Shown here one piece after another: positions 1 to 12,041 of a stretch of DNA of 64,000 nucleotides. The stretch spans positions 32,001 to 96,000 of IMG/VR virus record IMGVR_UViG_3300019757_000164, one strand, 5' to 3'. The notes beneath the pieces were generated by a model, which was given only the letters and a program-made list of their open reading frames with translations, had not been told where the DNA came from and searched no databases. The DNA comes from a virus. Made by a program: the position numbers and the translations under genes. Each line of letters opens with the position of its first letter. Position 1 is the first letter of the stretch.

Positions 1-331
1 ATTGTAAATCTGAATCTGTCATACAACAATCGTTTAGTTCAATTTGTTCTGGTTTTAGCGGGTTTAGCATTCTATTTCCAACAAACTCACAGCACTTATA
101 AAATCTATCATTTATCTCTATCTTGTCTTTAATTTTATTTTGTCTACTATAGATAATATCAACCAAATCACATACGTTATAGGTTTCTCCCGACCATTCT
201 ACGGCATATATACCTAGGGGACATTCGGCACACTTAAAACCTGATTCAAAAGTGCATCGAAATGACTGCATCTCTTCAATAGTTGACAGCAAATCATTTG
301 ATAATTTTATAATTTTCTCTTTGTTTCCCAC
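1..331 (-). CDS. hypothetical phage protein, partial (runs off window start)
   Basis: GTG start at 329-331 downstream of AAAGGAG RBS; open frame MGNKEKIIKLSNDLL... to the window edge; not in the ORF track. Confidence 0.55.
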   Translation of the reverse strand, partial: MGNKEKIIKLSNDLLSTIEEMQSFRCTFESGFKCAECPLGIYAVEWSGETYNVCDLVDIIYSRQNKIKDKIEINDRFYKCCEFVGNRMLNPLKPEQIELNDCCMTDSDLQ

Positions 332-2229
332 GATTAACTCCTTTCACATCATTACTACAACCATTTAAATTCAGTTTCAATCCAATTAACAAAGTCTTCT
401 AAATTTTTACAATCTGCATAAACTTGTTTTATCTCACAGTTTCTCTTATATAGCTTCCACAAGTTATCTATTTGATAGAGATTAAATATATTACAGCTTG
501 AATCATAATTTACTAAATACTCTTTTATGTTGTTTAGTTTCTCAATATCATTACTCAATTGGGTGTCTTTGTTTACGATCATGTTTGCTTTAGTATACAG
601 ATTCACAACTACCTCCATTCATAACCAAATGTATTGCCTTTTACACATAGTCTAAATTCAGATCCACCTCTATTATTTACAAGATGGATTGCTAGCCTCC
701 TTCTTGCCTCTGATGGGGTAGCGGACATTACAAAATTCCATTTTCTACATAGTTTCATTTTAATTTATCCTCCTTTATGATTATATCTATTTTACCAAAG
801 ATCTCTTCCTTATACAGTGTAGAGATATTACCACTTGTTTTCTTGCAATACTCACCGTCCCTATATCCAACTCCTGTTGAAATTAAACTTAAATTCTTAT
901 CATATCTTACAATTTTTGTTTCATAACTGCCATTAACGTAGTATTCCTCATATAGATACTTATCAAATAAATCTAGCTCTTCTTCTTTTCTTTTTACAAA
1001 CAGCACCTTTTCATCATTGTAAGCTTTTAGTAATTCAGACTCTCTTTTGGACATTGTAGAGTATATAAAGTTCATTACCTCCTCTTTGTTGTTGTTTTTG
1101 AATCTAATATTTACAGTATCATTTGCGTAAGTTATCTCATTACTGGTTATTTCTAGTATCTTTTCTATAAAATCACTCATAGTTATTCACCCAATAATCC
1201 TTTCTTTAATATTTCTTCTCTATCAGCCGATAATCTATTTAAACTAATCATCTTTTTAGCTATTATATCATCAATATTACAATCTGGTTCACCATATATA
1301 AACATCGACCTGTCGGATAGCGTGCATCTGAAATAGCTTTTCTTGAATGAATCTTGCTTAAAATATTTACATTTATTTTTTATACATTTCATAATTTGCC
1401 ATCCTTAACCTTTCTTAATCTTTTTTGTGCTAAACAACATAATTGGCAATGCTCTCATTTTTTCTGAAAATGTGTATGTTCTTTGAGGTATCCTATATGG
1501 TCTTCGTATGCTATTTATAATAATTTTTAATAAATTCATAAATTCTCCTTTAATTTGACATATTTAGATATGGTCAGGGGCTTAGGGCAATTTTCTACTG
1601 GACTCCATTGAATCGCAAACATTTGGTATCTTTTTGTTATTTCAATGTTGTAACCAAGTTGGCAGATTTTATTCATTTCATCAAAAGCCTTGCAATTATT
1701 GCAACTTTTTTTCATTTCATACCTCCTTTAAACTCTTAGTATAGTACACGTTCCACTCCAACAATCAAAGCAAACTTCTTTGAGATTTCCACAGTACAGC
1801 TTATGCTTTGGCTTCCCATCTATAACTCTACCGCATTCTGTACATACTTTAATTTTTGATTCTTCAGCAATCTTCTTTAGCTCATTTGCGATTTTCTTCA
1901 TCTCCTCAATATCAAGCAAAGACTGTTTTTCTGCTAATCTAGTTGTGTCGTGAAACACATATGGTATTGTGTGTAGACTTGAAACCTTTGTATGCCAAAT
2001 CTTTTGTATATTTTTTAAAATTAGTAATGAAGATTCATAAGATTTCCCATATTGTTCCATCAATATCTTAATAAAATCTTCAATAAGTAAGCATTTGTCG
2101 TATTCTTCCAAAACCATACATAATTCCTCGATGCCCATACCACAACAATCATCAAATGTTGCTAATTTTAACCTCAATCCTCTTGCATTTTCGATCATAA
2201 TTAATACTCCTTTTTATAAAATAATAACA

Positions 2230-2307
2230 TAGTATTTCCAATAAGTCAAGTGCATAGTGTCCATATTGCCCAATTATGCATACATGATGCTCAACCGTTG
2301 ATTATTC
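2230..2307. repeat. palindromic recombination-like site 1 (core 2256-2284, spacer TGCCCAA)
   Basis: TAGTATTTCCAA-N14-AGTGTCCATAT-TGCCCAA-TTATGCATACA-N13-TTGATTATTC; overlaps the stop of ORF 2291..2710. Confidence 0.85.
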
Positions 2308-2722
2308 GTTTTAAATTATCAATCTCTTTTTCAGACTCATCTATCATTTTTATCAATTCATCGCCACTATAAATGTAGGTCGAAGTGTAGTCATCTGTAT
2401 CACAAATATTTACCATAAACCAATTTGGGAATTTTGGATTTTTATCCCATAGATGCACTGAACCAAGGTGTCTAAAATTTGAGTTTAAAAAATTCATCAT
2501 GTTTTCTTTGGAGTCAAAATAACCAATATTATATTCGTCTCCGTCATATGACACATCTTGCCATTTATATTTTTCTTGGTTGATTAAAAGATCATCTCTG
2601 CACGTAGCTAAATACTCGCTATCCCACTCAGTTCCGTCATTAGCCACATACTTGGTTATTTCTTGCTCGACTGGAACCATCTTCTTTATTGTGATTGTTC
2701 TTGTTTTCATATTTCCCTCCTT

Positions 2723-3709
2723 TTAAAATATCTCTCTAATATCCTGCATTTTACTATTTTCCTTCATTTGTAAATAGAATTTTCTAGTTGTTGATATATC
2801 AGAGTGTCCTAATATCTTAGAAGCCATTTCTAATTCAACACCTGCATCCATGAGTCTCTCTACCAATAACTTGCGAAAGCAATGTGGAATTATTTCATTA
2901 AAACCAGTCTCTTCTCTTGCATCATTTATTAGCCTTCTGATATATGCTACACTTCTAAAGTCTCCAGAAGCCTTATATCTATCGGTTGTAAATAAATATT
3001 CGCTATTTCCTCTTCTTTCTCCTGACTCCAAGTAGTCATCTATTGCTTTTTCAACATCTTTGAATAGTGTGACTATTCTTTGCTTAGAGTCACCACGACC
3101 TTTCCCCAAAACTTTTATCAAACCCTGATCTTTATACTCTAGATAATTCTTAATTTTGAATGTAGACACTTCGTTAATCCTCAAACCTTCATAAAAAATC
3201 AACATAGCAATGGCTTTGTTTTGCTTTGGCGTGCCTCTGTCTGAGTTTTGAATTGCATCGATGACCGCTTTCCCCTCTTCTTGTGAGTAATACACTTTAT
3301 GCTTTTGTTCAAATGGATAGTCTACATTTCCACTAATTGGGTTCGTATCGATATGTCCATATTTAACTAAATATTTCATAAATGAGCCAATATTAGCAAC
3401 ATATTTTCTTAATGAAGCATTCTTATATCCATTAGGTGCTCCATCATGACCCGGTGAACTTAACCAATCAACATATTGCTGTGCAACTAGACCTTTCATT
3501 GATCTTATATTCGACACTTTCATCATTTTAATTCTATTTTTAGTCATATACCAGTTGAAAAATCTATTTATAGACTTGTTTTCTTCTTTAATAGTCGTGA
3601 TTTTACATCTTTTCTTTACTTGGTTCATTTCATAGTCTAGCATTAATTCTGCTAATTGATCACTAACTCCATCAAACTTTAATAATTCCTTCAATTCTTG
3701 CTTTTTCAT
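2723..3709 (-). CDS. tyrosine recombinase/integrase (XerC/D-like)
   Basis: Catalytic residues present: GLRINE (R), GKG (K), HCFRK (HxxR), LGHSDISTT (H), FY (Y); N-terminal core-binding-like region; 328 aa. Confidence 0.93.
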   Translation of the reverse strand: MKKQELKELLKFDGVSDQLAELMLDYEMNQVKKRCKITTIKEENKSINRFFNWYMTKNRIKMMKVSNIRSMKGLVAQQYVDWLSSPGHDGAPNGYKNASLRKYVANIGSFMKYLVKYGHIDTNPISGNVDYPFEQKHKVYYSQEEGKAVIDAIQNSDRGTPKQNKAIAMLIFYEGLRINEVSTFKIKNYLEYKDQGLIKVLGKGRGDSKQRIVTLFKDVEKAIDDYLESGERRGNSEYLFTTDRYKASGDFRSVAYIRRLINDAREETGFNEIIPHCFRKLLVERLMDAGVELEMASKILGHSDISTTRKFYLQMKENSKMQDIREIF

Positions 3710-3742
3710 TGCTGTATCTCCTTTCGTATCTCTTATTAAGTT

Positions 3743-3771
3743 AATTATAACAAAAAGAAAAGAGCATTACA
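3743..3771 (-). promoter_or_regulatory. sigmaA-type promoter of the recombinase
   Basis: Minus strand TTGTAA-N17-TATAAT with TG extension, preceded by the AATAAAAAAACTTT upstream motif. Confidence 0.6.
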
Positions 3772-4463
3772 ACCCTTTTCTCAAAGTTTTTTTATTTATT
3801 TTCCCTATTTCTATTTTCCATATTCATTGCCCATCCAAACAGTATCATTGCCGGAATAAGTAGTGGGTTTATGATCCACAATAAAACCAATGAAATAGCA
3901 TACACTATAAATACCAAAGTTTCTCTTCTCATATTTATTCCTCCTTTGTAATATCTATCATTCTTTCTTCGTTGTTTAAATCAAATAATTCATTAACATA
4001 GAATTCAGACTCAAAATAATCATATCCATATCCTTCTACATCGGCAATCATTGCTCTTGCCCTAGTCTTATTTATAGCTTTTACTACCCACTGTTTATTG
4101 CTAATTAAACATTCTACGAGATAAACTTTATTCCTCATATAGCACCCTATTCCTCCAATCTGTTTAATCCATATGAATTTATAACTTTGCTACAACTTTC
4201 AAACTTTTCGATTATATTCGTGAGTTCATGCCTCAAATGATTTAGTAACTGTGATTCATTCTCATAACTATCGCATTCTGAATCCCACAAGAAAATATTA
4301 CTGCCAAAAATATGCAATCCTATGTACTGTACTGCTGTGCTATCGGTTAAATAGAAGCAGATTTCATCAGTTATTTCCCATAATTCATAATTCAATTGAT
4401 CTACAATATTTTGAATTTCCATTTTAAATCCTCCTTTTACTTTTATATATTTTCAATATCCAA

Positions 4464-4625
4464 TTACTTTCTGTACAGTTCAGATTCCCACTCTGCACCA
4501 CATTCATAACAGACATACGTGTCTCCAAATGTGAAATTAACAGTTTCGCAAAATGGACAAGTTCCATCTAATTCGGCTATTTTTCGCTCTTTACTTGCTT
4601 GTTGTGGTGTCTTTAAAATTTTCAT
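4464..4625 (-). CDS. small zinc-ribbon protein (53 aa)
   Basis: MKILKTPQQ...CPFC...CYECGAEW..., strong AGGAGG RBS; below the ORF-track cut-off. Confidence 0.7.
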   Translation of the reverse strand: MKILKTPQQASKERKIAELDGTCPFCETVNFTFGDTYVCYECGAEWESELYRK

Positions 4626-4644
4626 TTTACCTCCTTTTACTTTT

Positions 4645-4725
4645 ATATATTCTCAAAATTTCAACCTTATCTAGTTCATAATAACCCAATATGCATACAA
4701 TACGGTGAAAGTGTTTGAATTAAAC
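4645..4725. repeat. palindromic recombination-like site 2 (core 4671-4699, spacer TAACCCA)
   Basis: ATATATTCTCAA-N14-CTAGTTCATAA-TAACCCA-ATATGCATACA-N14-TTTGAATTAAAC. Confidence 0.75.
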
Positions 4726-5116
4726 AATATGTATTTTGTATCCTAGTTCTTTCTCTATTTCTATTTTTGTCATCTTTCTTGGTATATCCTTTGCATCAAC
4801 ATATTCTATAAAGCTTGAATACCTTATATCTAGAATGTCTATGACACAGTCCACATGAACTCCATTTTCTAGCATTGCAAACGTTCTATTCATCTGTGGA
4901 TTGCACCAATAATATAAAACCTTTACCCATCTAGAACTTGTATCACCTATTCTTCCTTGTTCAAGTCTGAAGTTTTTACCACCATTTTTTGGCGTCAACT
5001 TCTTTCCTTCTTTTAATGCTTTTATGATTTCATCGTGTGTCACATACGTCTTTAATTGTTCCATAATTCCTCCTTTGTATATTTATACATCCTATTTTAC
5101 CCTACTTTTTACTATT

Positions 5117-5197
5117 CTCTATTTCCAATGTATACAACTCATTGTGTGTATAATTGTATGTTATACATACATGACACTCAAACACGCATGGGTTCGT
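5117..5197. repeat. palindromic recombination-like site 3 (core 5143-5171, spacer TTGTATG)
   Basis: CTCTATTTCCAA-N14-TGTGTGTATAA-TTGTATG-TTATACATACA. Confidence 0.88.
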
Positions 5198-5746
5198 TAA
5201 TCCAATTTTCTCATCTTGTGTCTACTGATATAATTTTTCCAAGACTTGTACGTCATTTCTCCATAATATACGTAAGGAAATGTATTTCCATCATTAGCCA
5301 AAACTTCTTGTATTGTATCCTTCTTCTTGTATTCACATACTCTCTTATCAAATGCTTTTTCGTCTGACACCTGCCAAGAGATCATACTCATTTCTTCGTC
5401 AATTGAGTCTGAGTCCCACACTAAACACTCATCTACAAATGTAATAACTTTACTTCTCCATGGCTCACTTTCGCAAACATAGACTTCATCTTTATTATAT
5501 TTCATAAAACCTCCTTCTTAAAATAACTCTTCGTTTAATGATAAAACCTCGTTTGGCGATAGTAAAACGTCTCCATCTTCCTCATATGAGTCTAGCCACC
5601 GATACTTTCCGTCCGACATTTTAACTAATCTTAACGGATATCCCATACAATCATATTGAATTTTATTAGTTCTTTCAACTACTGTTGGGTCTTGTTTTTT
5701 CATCTTAAACAGATTAAAAATATTCATTTTACCTCCTTTTGTTAAT

Positions 5747-5800
5747 TAGTGTTTTCAATATATAATTCAATCCTATGCATAAATGACGATATAGCGTCTA
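5747..5800. repeat. internally deleted site 4 (spacer TTCAATC)
   Basis: Outer arm TAGTGTTTTCAA joined directly to TATATAA-TTCAATC-CTATGCATAAA; the N14 linker is missing. Confidence 0.65.
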
Positions 5801-6484
5801 TTTTTCTTTAACTCTCCAATATATACAAATGCAATTATCTACCGTAGTATCTCTAGTTTCGTATTCATATTCACCATCTTCGTTTTTAAACGGGGAGTAG
5901 TATCCATTGATTAATATATCATGCCACTTAGACATCTTTTCGTCACTTGATATACATTCATGGAATTCATCTATTGTATCACCATAATATATTCCATAAT
6001 CTCCACTTGTCATTCCAATTTCTACTGAATATTTGTACATATCCTTAACAGTATTTACTAATATTCTTTTTAGATCGTGGCTATAATTGAATCTTTTAGA
6101 GTTGTATTCAATACTTCTTCCAATATTTCCATCGTCATGTCTTTCGCTTGCACATATCCAATCAACCAGCATTTCGGTTACATCAACTAACCCCATACCT
6201 TTAATGCCGTTCTTGTGATATTCTGGATGATGTCTGTTTTCTAAGTAGTGATGCTTAAGTGCAATATTCATTTCTTTTAAATATCCTTTATATTCTTCAC
6301 TACCATATGTACAGTCTTTGAGCTTTGGTGTAAACTCATCAAATGCTTCTTTTTCTGGTGAATATAATTTGCTTTGATCATGTGTTGCGAACCTTTTACT
6401 TAATTCTTTTATTATTTTACTTCCTTTTTCTATAACGTTTTTAATGTGTTCTATTGTATCTTTTGAGCTCTCGTAATTATCCAT
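5798..6484 (-). CDS. DUF5662-like HD-type phage protein
   Basis: HDQSK...HHYLENRHHPEYH...EMLVDW motif pattern. Confidence 0.75.
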   Translation of the reverse strand: MDNYESSKDTIEHIKNVIEKGSKIIKELSKRFATHDQSKLYSPEKEAFDEFTPKLKDCTYGSEEYKGYLKEMNIALKHHYLENRHHPEYHKNGIKGMGLVDVTEMLVDWICASERHDDGNIGRSIEYNSKRFNYSHDLKRILVNTVKDMYKYSVEIGMTSGDYGIYYGDTIDEFHECISSDEKMSKWHDILINGYYSPFKNEDGEYEYETRDTTVDNCICIYWRVKEK

Positions 6485-7325
6485 TTATTCCTCCTTAATA
6501 TAGCTTTCTTCTCATCATTGATAACTTAATTTTATCATAGAAATTCTCAGTTGTAAATGTCATCTTTAAAAATACCTTTTGATAATTCATCAACTTTACC
6601 CCAAAATAATCTTCTACAAGTGCAACGGGGTTATCTTTGTAGTAATCAATTGGTTTGTATTCTTTTAACTTATTTAACATATCAAACCAAGACTCCTTAG
6701 TGTCTAAAACATAATCTTGATCTACATATTTATCATCAATTTTAATTAACTGATAATTTGCATATTTATTTTGAGATTTCAGAAAGCTAATAACTCGTCT
6801 ACCCTCTCCACCAGCCAAAACCCGTTTAAGATATATTTCGTGCTTTACTGATAATTGTATTGCTACATATAGTTTCATATATCACTCCTTAATCTAAATA
6901 TTTTATATCAAATTTAATCATATCTATTTTTTCGCCACAACCCATCTCCTCAAACTCTGGGTATTTTCTGGAAATAAACATACTCCTATTACAATCACAA
7001 GAGTGGTTATTCTCAAAAAATGCAAACCTCGCTGACTCTTCGGGGTATTCATAGCCAAAATCATACTCAATGGAGTAGACCTCACTATTATATTTAAAAT
7101 CAATAAAAGCAACGGTTCTTTTGTGCTTTAAAACCCCTTCCACCATATCTCTCATTAGTCCATACTTTTCATATTTCTTCAAAGATGCAGAAAAATGTTT
7201 TATTTCACACTCTGTATCAAAATAGTAATAATGGTCTTTGCCGTGTAGAGGGTTTCCTTCATTGAATGCTCCACCCCATATATGTAACATATATTCCTTC
7301 TTCATTTTACCTCCTTTTTACTATT

Positions 7326-7397
7326 GTGTATTACCAACATTTTAACTCTACTCTGTTTATAATTCAGTATTATACATTAATAGCGATCAAACGGCTA
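7326..7397. repeat. palindromic recombination-like site 5 (core 7352-7380, spacer TTCAGTA)
   Basis: GTGTATTACCAA-N14-TCTGTTTATAA-TTCAGTA-TTATACATTAA; stop of ORF 7395..8360 lies 15 nt beyond the core. Confidence 0.82.
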
Positions 7398-8360
7398 TTC
7401 TTCGTCAAACTCATCGTATCTACACTTTCTATAGTTGGCTAATTTTATATTTATATAACTACCATCAACCCAATCTTGCTGATCATTGTATATAGAAAAC
7501 CACGGCTGGTCTTGTATGTGCATTCCATCGAATAGTTTTCCTTGACAAATATCTGAACACATCATATTCAACCCTTTACCCTTAATAAAAGTTTTTAACT
7601 CATCTATTACATATTGATCAAGCCAATATATTGTAAAAGAAGTGTAATCATGGTTTGCCACTAAGTGCATTTTAGAATAGTCTAAATTATATTCTTTATG
7701 ATACTCAAACATTTCTCCGTTAATCCAGTAGCTTCCATTCACCACAATATGTACATCGTTTTCATCGAATGTTCTAATTATATCACTCAACATTTCTTCG
7801 CTATTTAAAAACCAATGCCATCTATCGTCATTTACGTATTCATCATACCACTCCCAATATCTATCATCATTATATCTATTTTCATAATCATATAACTTGC
7901 TATCACAAGTGCCTATCTTTAACCTGTCAGAGTGTTTCCAGTTTCTTTGTTTGTATTTGATCTTTTGACTGCCAAAATATCTCTTACCTTTTGGATTGGT
8001 TTTAGGAGTACATAGTGAGCAACTACAGAAGTTCTTTCCTTTATTTAAAGACTGTAGGGGTTTGTCATGTAAGTGCATATATCCATGTTTTCTTTTATAG
8101 ATGGCTTTAGACCAATTCTTCTTTCTTCTCTTGGCTCTAGTCATATCTTTTGAATAATCAACAACTTCATATCTGTCTCTATAGTTATCAAACCCGCTCA
8201 ATAGATAGTCCCACTCATTGTATTCTAAAGCCATTTCATAATAAGCTTCTTCTCCTCCATTATCAGGAACAATCAAACCAGTACCAAAATCAAATGGCTC
8301 ATTTTGTAGTTCTCTGTATATCTCTATTTCTTTTCTAGTGCATCCTTCATATATATACAA
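7395..8360 (-). CDS. hypothetical phage protein (321 aa), sole gene between sites 5 and 6
   Basis: Long ORF with a CSCSLC motif; no family recognised. Confidence 0.7.
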   Translation of the reverse strand: MYIYEGCTRKEIEIYRELQNEPFDFGTGLIVPDNGGEEAYYEMALEYNEWDYLLSGFDNYRDRYEVVDYSKDMTRAKRRKKNWSKAIYKRKHGYMHLHDKPLQSLNKGKNFCSCSLCTPKTNPKGKRYFGSQKIKYKQRNWKHSDRLKIGTCDSKLYDYENRYNDDRYWEWYDEYVNDDRWHWFLNSEEMLSDIIRTFDENDVHIVVNGSYWINGEMFEYHKEYNLDYSKMHLVANHDYTSFTIYWLDQYVIDELKTFIKGKGLNMMCSDICQGKLFDGMHIQDQPWFSIYNDQQDWVDGSYINIKLANYRKCRYDEFDEE

Positions 8361-8390
8361 AATTTCACCTCTTTTCTTGTTTTTACTTTA

Positions 8391-8462
8391 TACTGTTTCC
8401 AACGCTTATACGTCATTGTGCGCATAATCACCTATTACACACACATTAGCTTAAAACGGCTA
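8391..8462. repeat. palindromic recombination-like site 6 (core 8417-8445, spacer TCACCTA)
   Basis: TACTGTTTCCAA-N14-TGTGCGCATAA-TCACCTA-TTACACACACA; the left arm matches the E. coli dif XerC arm GGTGCGCATAA at 10/11. Confidence 0.88.
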
Positions 8463-10879
8463 TTTCTCAACATTGTCGTACCAACCTCCTATTATTAAAA
8501 AAAATTTAAGAAGGCTCAATCTTATATAATATATTGGCTTTAGATCGTATTTATATGTGCTAATAACCATCTTTGATCCTGAGTGAGTATTCGTTGTTTT
8601 TTGTGACACCATGCTTTCAATTGGCAATAGCATTTTAGAAAAGCATATGCCTAAATTTTTCTCATTATCACTATACTTTTGTATAAAGACTCCTTTTTTT
8701 ATTTTAATCACGTTGTACCTCCTCAATCTCATCCGCTTCCATATACCAATAGTAAGGATTATCAAATTCACACTCCCCACTTAGATCATTTTCACAGTAC
8801 TCACCATTTCGATCATTTTTAATTTCTGCTACTTCACAAATATCTGAATATCTAAACATTTCAGTTTCTTCGTAAATGTCATCGTCTTCGTATTTCCTAC
8901 ACTCTTGGCACTTTTTATATTTTGAATACTCTTCATCATATGGTTTGTTCTTTTCTGCTATGTATGACTTGGCACTTTCCTCATCTTTCACAAATCCAAT
9001 CAACGTAGATCTAGTGTCATACATATATCCATCTTCTTCATAAATTAAAAATACTTTCATTATACCTCCTTTATAATCTAAATAATTTCTTGACCAACTT
9101 CTGAGCCCTATTTAATCTCTTCTCTGGCAGATTCATTGTTGTAGTCTTCAATCCTATTCCATCTTAAACAATTCTCCATTCTTCCACCATATGATGCATA
9201 GGTAAACACTAACATACATGGAAACTCGTCGTCATCTGGTCTTATTCTTATTTTACCAAAGTAATCTTTTGGATGTGGCAACGCAAGCTCTTCGTAAATC
9301 TCATCAACGTCATAAGGCTCTATACAATCGGTCTCAAAATAAGTATGCCAAGACTCATAATCATCTCTAAAATAGCATTCTTCTGTTCCTACCATTCCAC
9401 TAACATTCATGTACCAATTGTCATGAACTAGCCTTTTTCCAAATAGTGATTTGACCAATATATCGTATTCATGTTGATTATTAGCTTGTGCCCATGATGT
9501 CATTGTCCATCTTTGGTCTAATTTCCAATTGTTTACATCGTATTTCATTTTAATCCTCCTTACCTATAGTTTAGGCTTGTTTTCTTCAGTAAGAATATCA
9601 CCGAATAATTCCTTCATTACTCTAACATTATAACATCTATCTTTTTCATTGTTTTTATGAAAATATGTTTGCTTCTTGATATTCTTATATGCTTTACTGG
9701 TATTACTTGCTTGATTTAATACTAACAATAATGGATTAAGCTCCTCCATTTCATCTTTGTAAGATCTTCTCTCTCTAAGAATTTCTTTTCTCATTATTGT
9801 AAGTTTGCACATCTGAGATGCGTTAAAGTCATATATCTCAGTTACATGATTTAGATCGAGTTCTTTCTTTCTAATAACTTCAATCTTATGTTTTAAGTAC
9901 GTGCATCTCTCTTGAATCTGATTTCTTTTATTTATCAGCTCATCCATTATCTCAACAGCATTTAATTTTTCCATCATAACCTCCTCAAGTTATATTTCCC
10001 TTATCTGTTAATTAAATTATACCATAACCAAAACCAATGTCAACACCTTTTTAAATAAAAATATAAAAATACCCAGAAAATCTGGGTTGGTCTAAGCATA
10101 TTATTAAATTAAATGTTTTTAGAGTTTATAGTACTATCGACTTTGGCTATACGACTCATCTAGCTAGTGGCTCAGTTTAATATTTTTATTTCCACGCTAG
10201 TGACAAGTCAACCTATTTGTTTCACCTTCTTATTTATATTTAACTAACCCAACCGTGTGTGGTGATCAGCCACGATTATTACAGACAAACTACATATTAT
10301 CTTCTAATTATTTTATTATTTACATCCTATGTTGGGTAGTTATTGATAAATTAAATGAACATATGTACAATCCAAGCCTCTAACCATAATACTGGTGGAA
10401 ATAAGACTTGATACATTGCCTTTTTGTCTTTTTCTTCTTCCGTTTTATCGTCGTCGTCAATTCTAAATCCTACACATGATTTCAAGAACAACCCAATACC
10501 TAATACATGAGCCATATTAATTTCTGGCATACCAATCGTAACCATAAACCAGATTGATTAATTGAATTCATACGATTCCTCCATTTCATTTTCAAATAAT
10601 TTTTCGTTAACTATACTTATGCCTCCATTCTTAAAATATACTTAAATTCTGACGGATGTTCATTTATTTTTTCTGACACTTCATGGATAAATTTGGATTC
10701 AGAATAGTCAATATTTTCACCTTGAACCCAGTTGTCATAATTTGATGTACAATCATTGCACATCTGCCAATCTTTTTCATCTACTTTATAAGTACAGTTG
10801 CTACAGTCAATGACTGATAAGATTTTTTCTTGTTTTTCTTTAATATTCATAAGCTCCTCCTTTTCTAATTTTAACTTTG

Positions 10880-10960
10880 TGCTATTACCAACGGTTTAAC
10901 GATAATGTGTGTATATTCTATTATTACACATACAATGCCATCAAACACTGTAACTTCCGT
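10880..10960. repeat. palindromic recombination-like site 7 (core 10906-10934, spacer TCTATTA)
   Basis: TGCTATTACCAA-N14-TGTGTGTATAT-TCTATTA-TTACACATACA. Confidence 0.87.
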
Positions 10961-11960
10961 CATAATGTCTACATTTATCTAACTCGAGCCCTATCTCAGA
11001 CCATGCTTTTTCTGAAGCTTTCATATCTTCATCATTCATATAGCCATGGTCAGTAAAATCCCAGTGTTTATCTTTTATAATTATTACCTGTCTGCCAAAA
11101 GCCCAATGGTCAACAAATTTTCCGCATTCTTCACATCTAGTGCATTGTTCTTCCAATCCATACTCATCATAGTAGCTTTTGTTATACATATTCTCATTCC
11201 CACAAATTGGACAAATCATATGCTCTCCCTTCTTCTTAGGTAAACATCAAAGCCTTCGAACTCTTTCTCTAAATCAACCCAATAGATTAAATCATAATTT
11301 ATAGTCATTGCATCTTCTAAATTGTTAGTGAAGCCAATTTCTCCATCCTTCTTGTACTTAAGGTACATCTTGTTTCCGTCACCTCTGCTATTCATTCGCT
11401 TAACTGCAACATACTCTATGCTTTTACCAAAGATGTAATTTTCGTATATATATGTTTTAATTAGATTGTCAATTATTTCAAAGCTAAAAGTACCATTTTT
11501 ATTTTCCGATATATTGCTGATTTCAGATATTTGTAAATCTAAATCTTCTCCGTTGATTTTGCACCACGCAGTAATATCTTCTATTAAATCTATTGATCTA
11601 TACTTTTTGTATTGTTTGTCATATATTGAATCGTGTATATCTAATGATATATCACCAATTGCGTAACAGCTCCATCCCATATTAATCCCTCCTTTATCTA
11701 GCCATGGTAAGTCATTTCAGCTACGGCATCTAGTAAATTTTCATATTCTTCAATAGTAATAGTAACAAATCTGTCACTACTGTAACCTAAAACCTTGCCA
11801 TTACCATTACTTAAATGAAGCTCTTCACTCCAGTAGTATAAATATTCAATAACCTCATCCATCGTTAGTGTATCGATTTTCAATGAATCTCTTTTTAAAA
11901 TAGAGCGTCTTATTTCTAGTGCTTTCTGTATATTCATGCTTAACTACTCCTTTTCCTTTC

Positions 11961-12041
11961 CACTATTTCCAACACTTACGGTACTATGTATGCATAATTG
12001 TAAATTATACACACAATAGACTCAAAGCGTTGATTACTTCT
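11961..12041. repeat. palindromic recombination-like site 8 (core 11987-12015, spacer TTGTAAA)
   Basis: CACTATTTCCAA-N14-TGTATGCATAA-TTGTAAA-TTATACACACA-N14-TTGATTAC. Confidence 0.9.

Noticed and set aside
8417-8445. Host chromosomal dif site
   Set aside because: The left arm matches the XerC arm, but the spacer is 7 not 6 bp, the right arm lacks the XerD TTATGTTAAAT/TTATGTAAACT signature, and it is one of many copies
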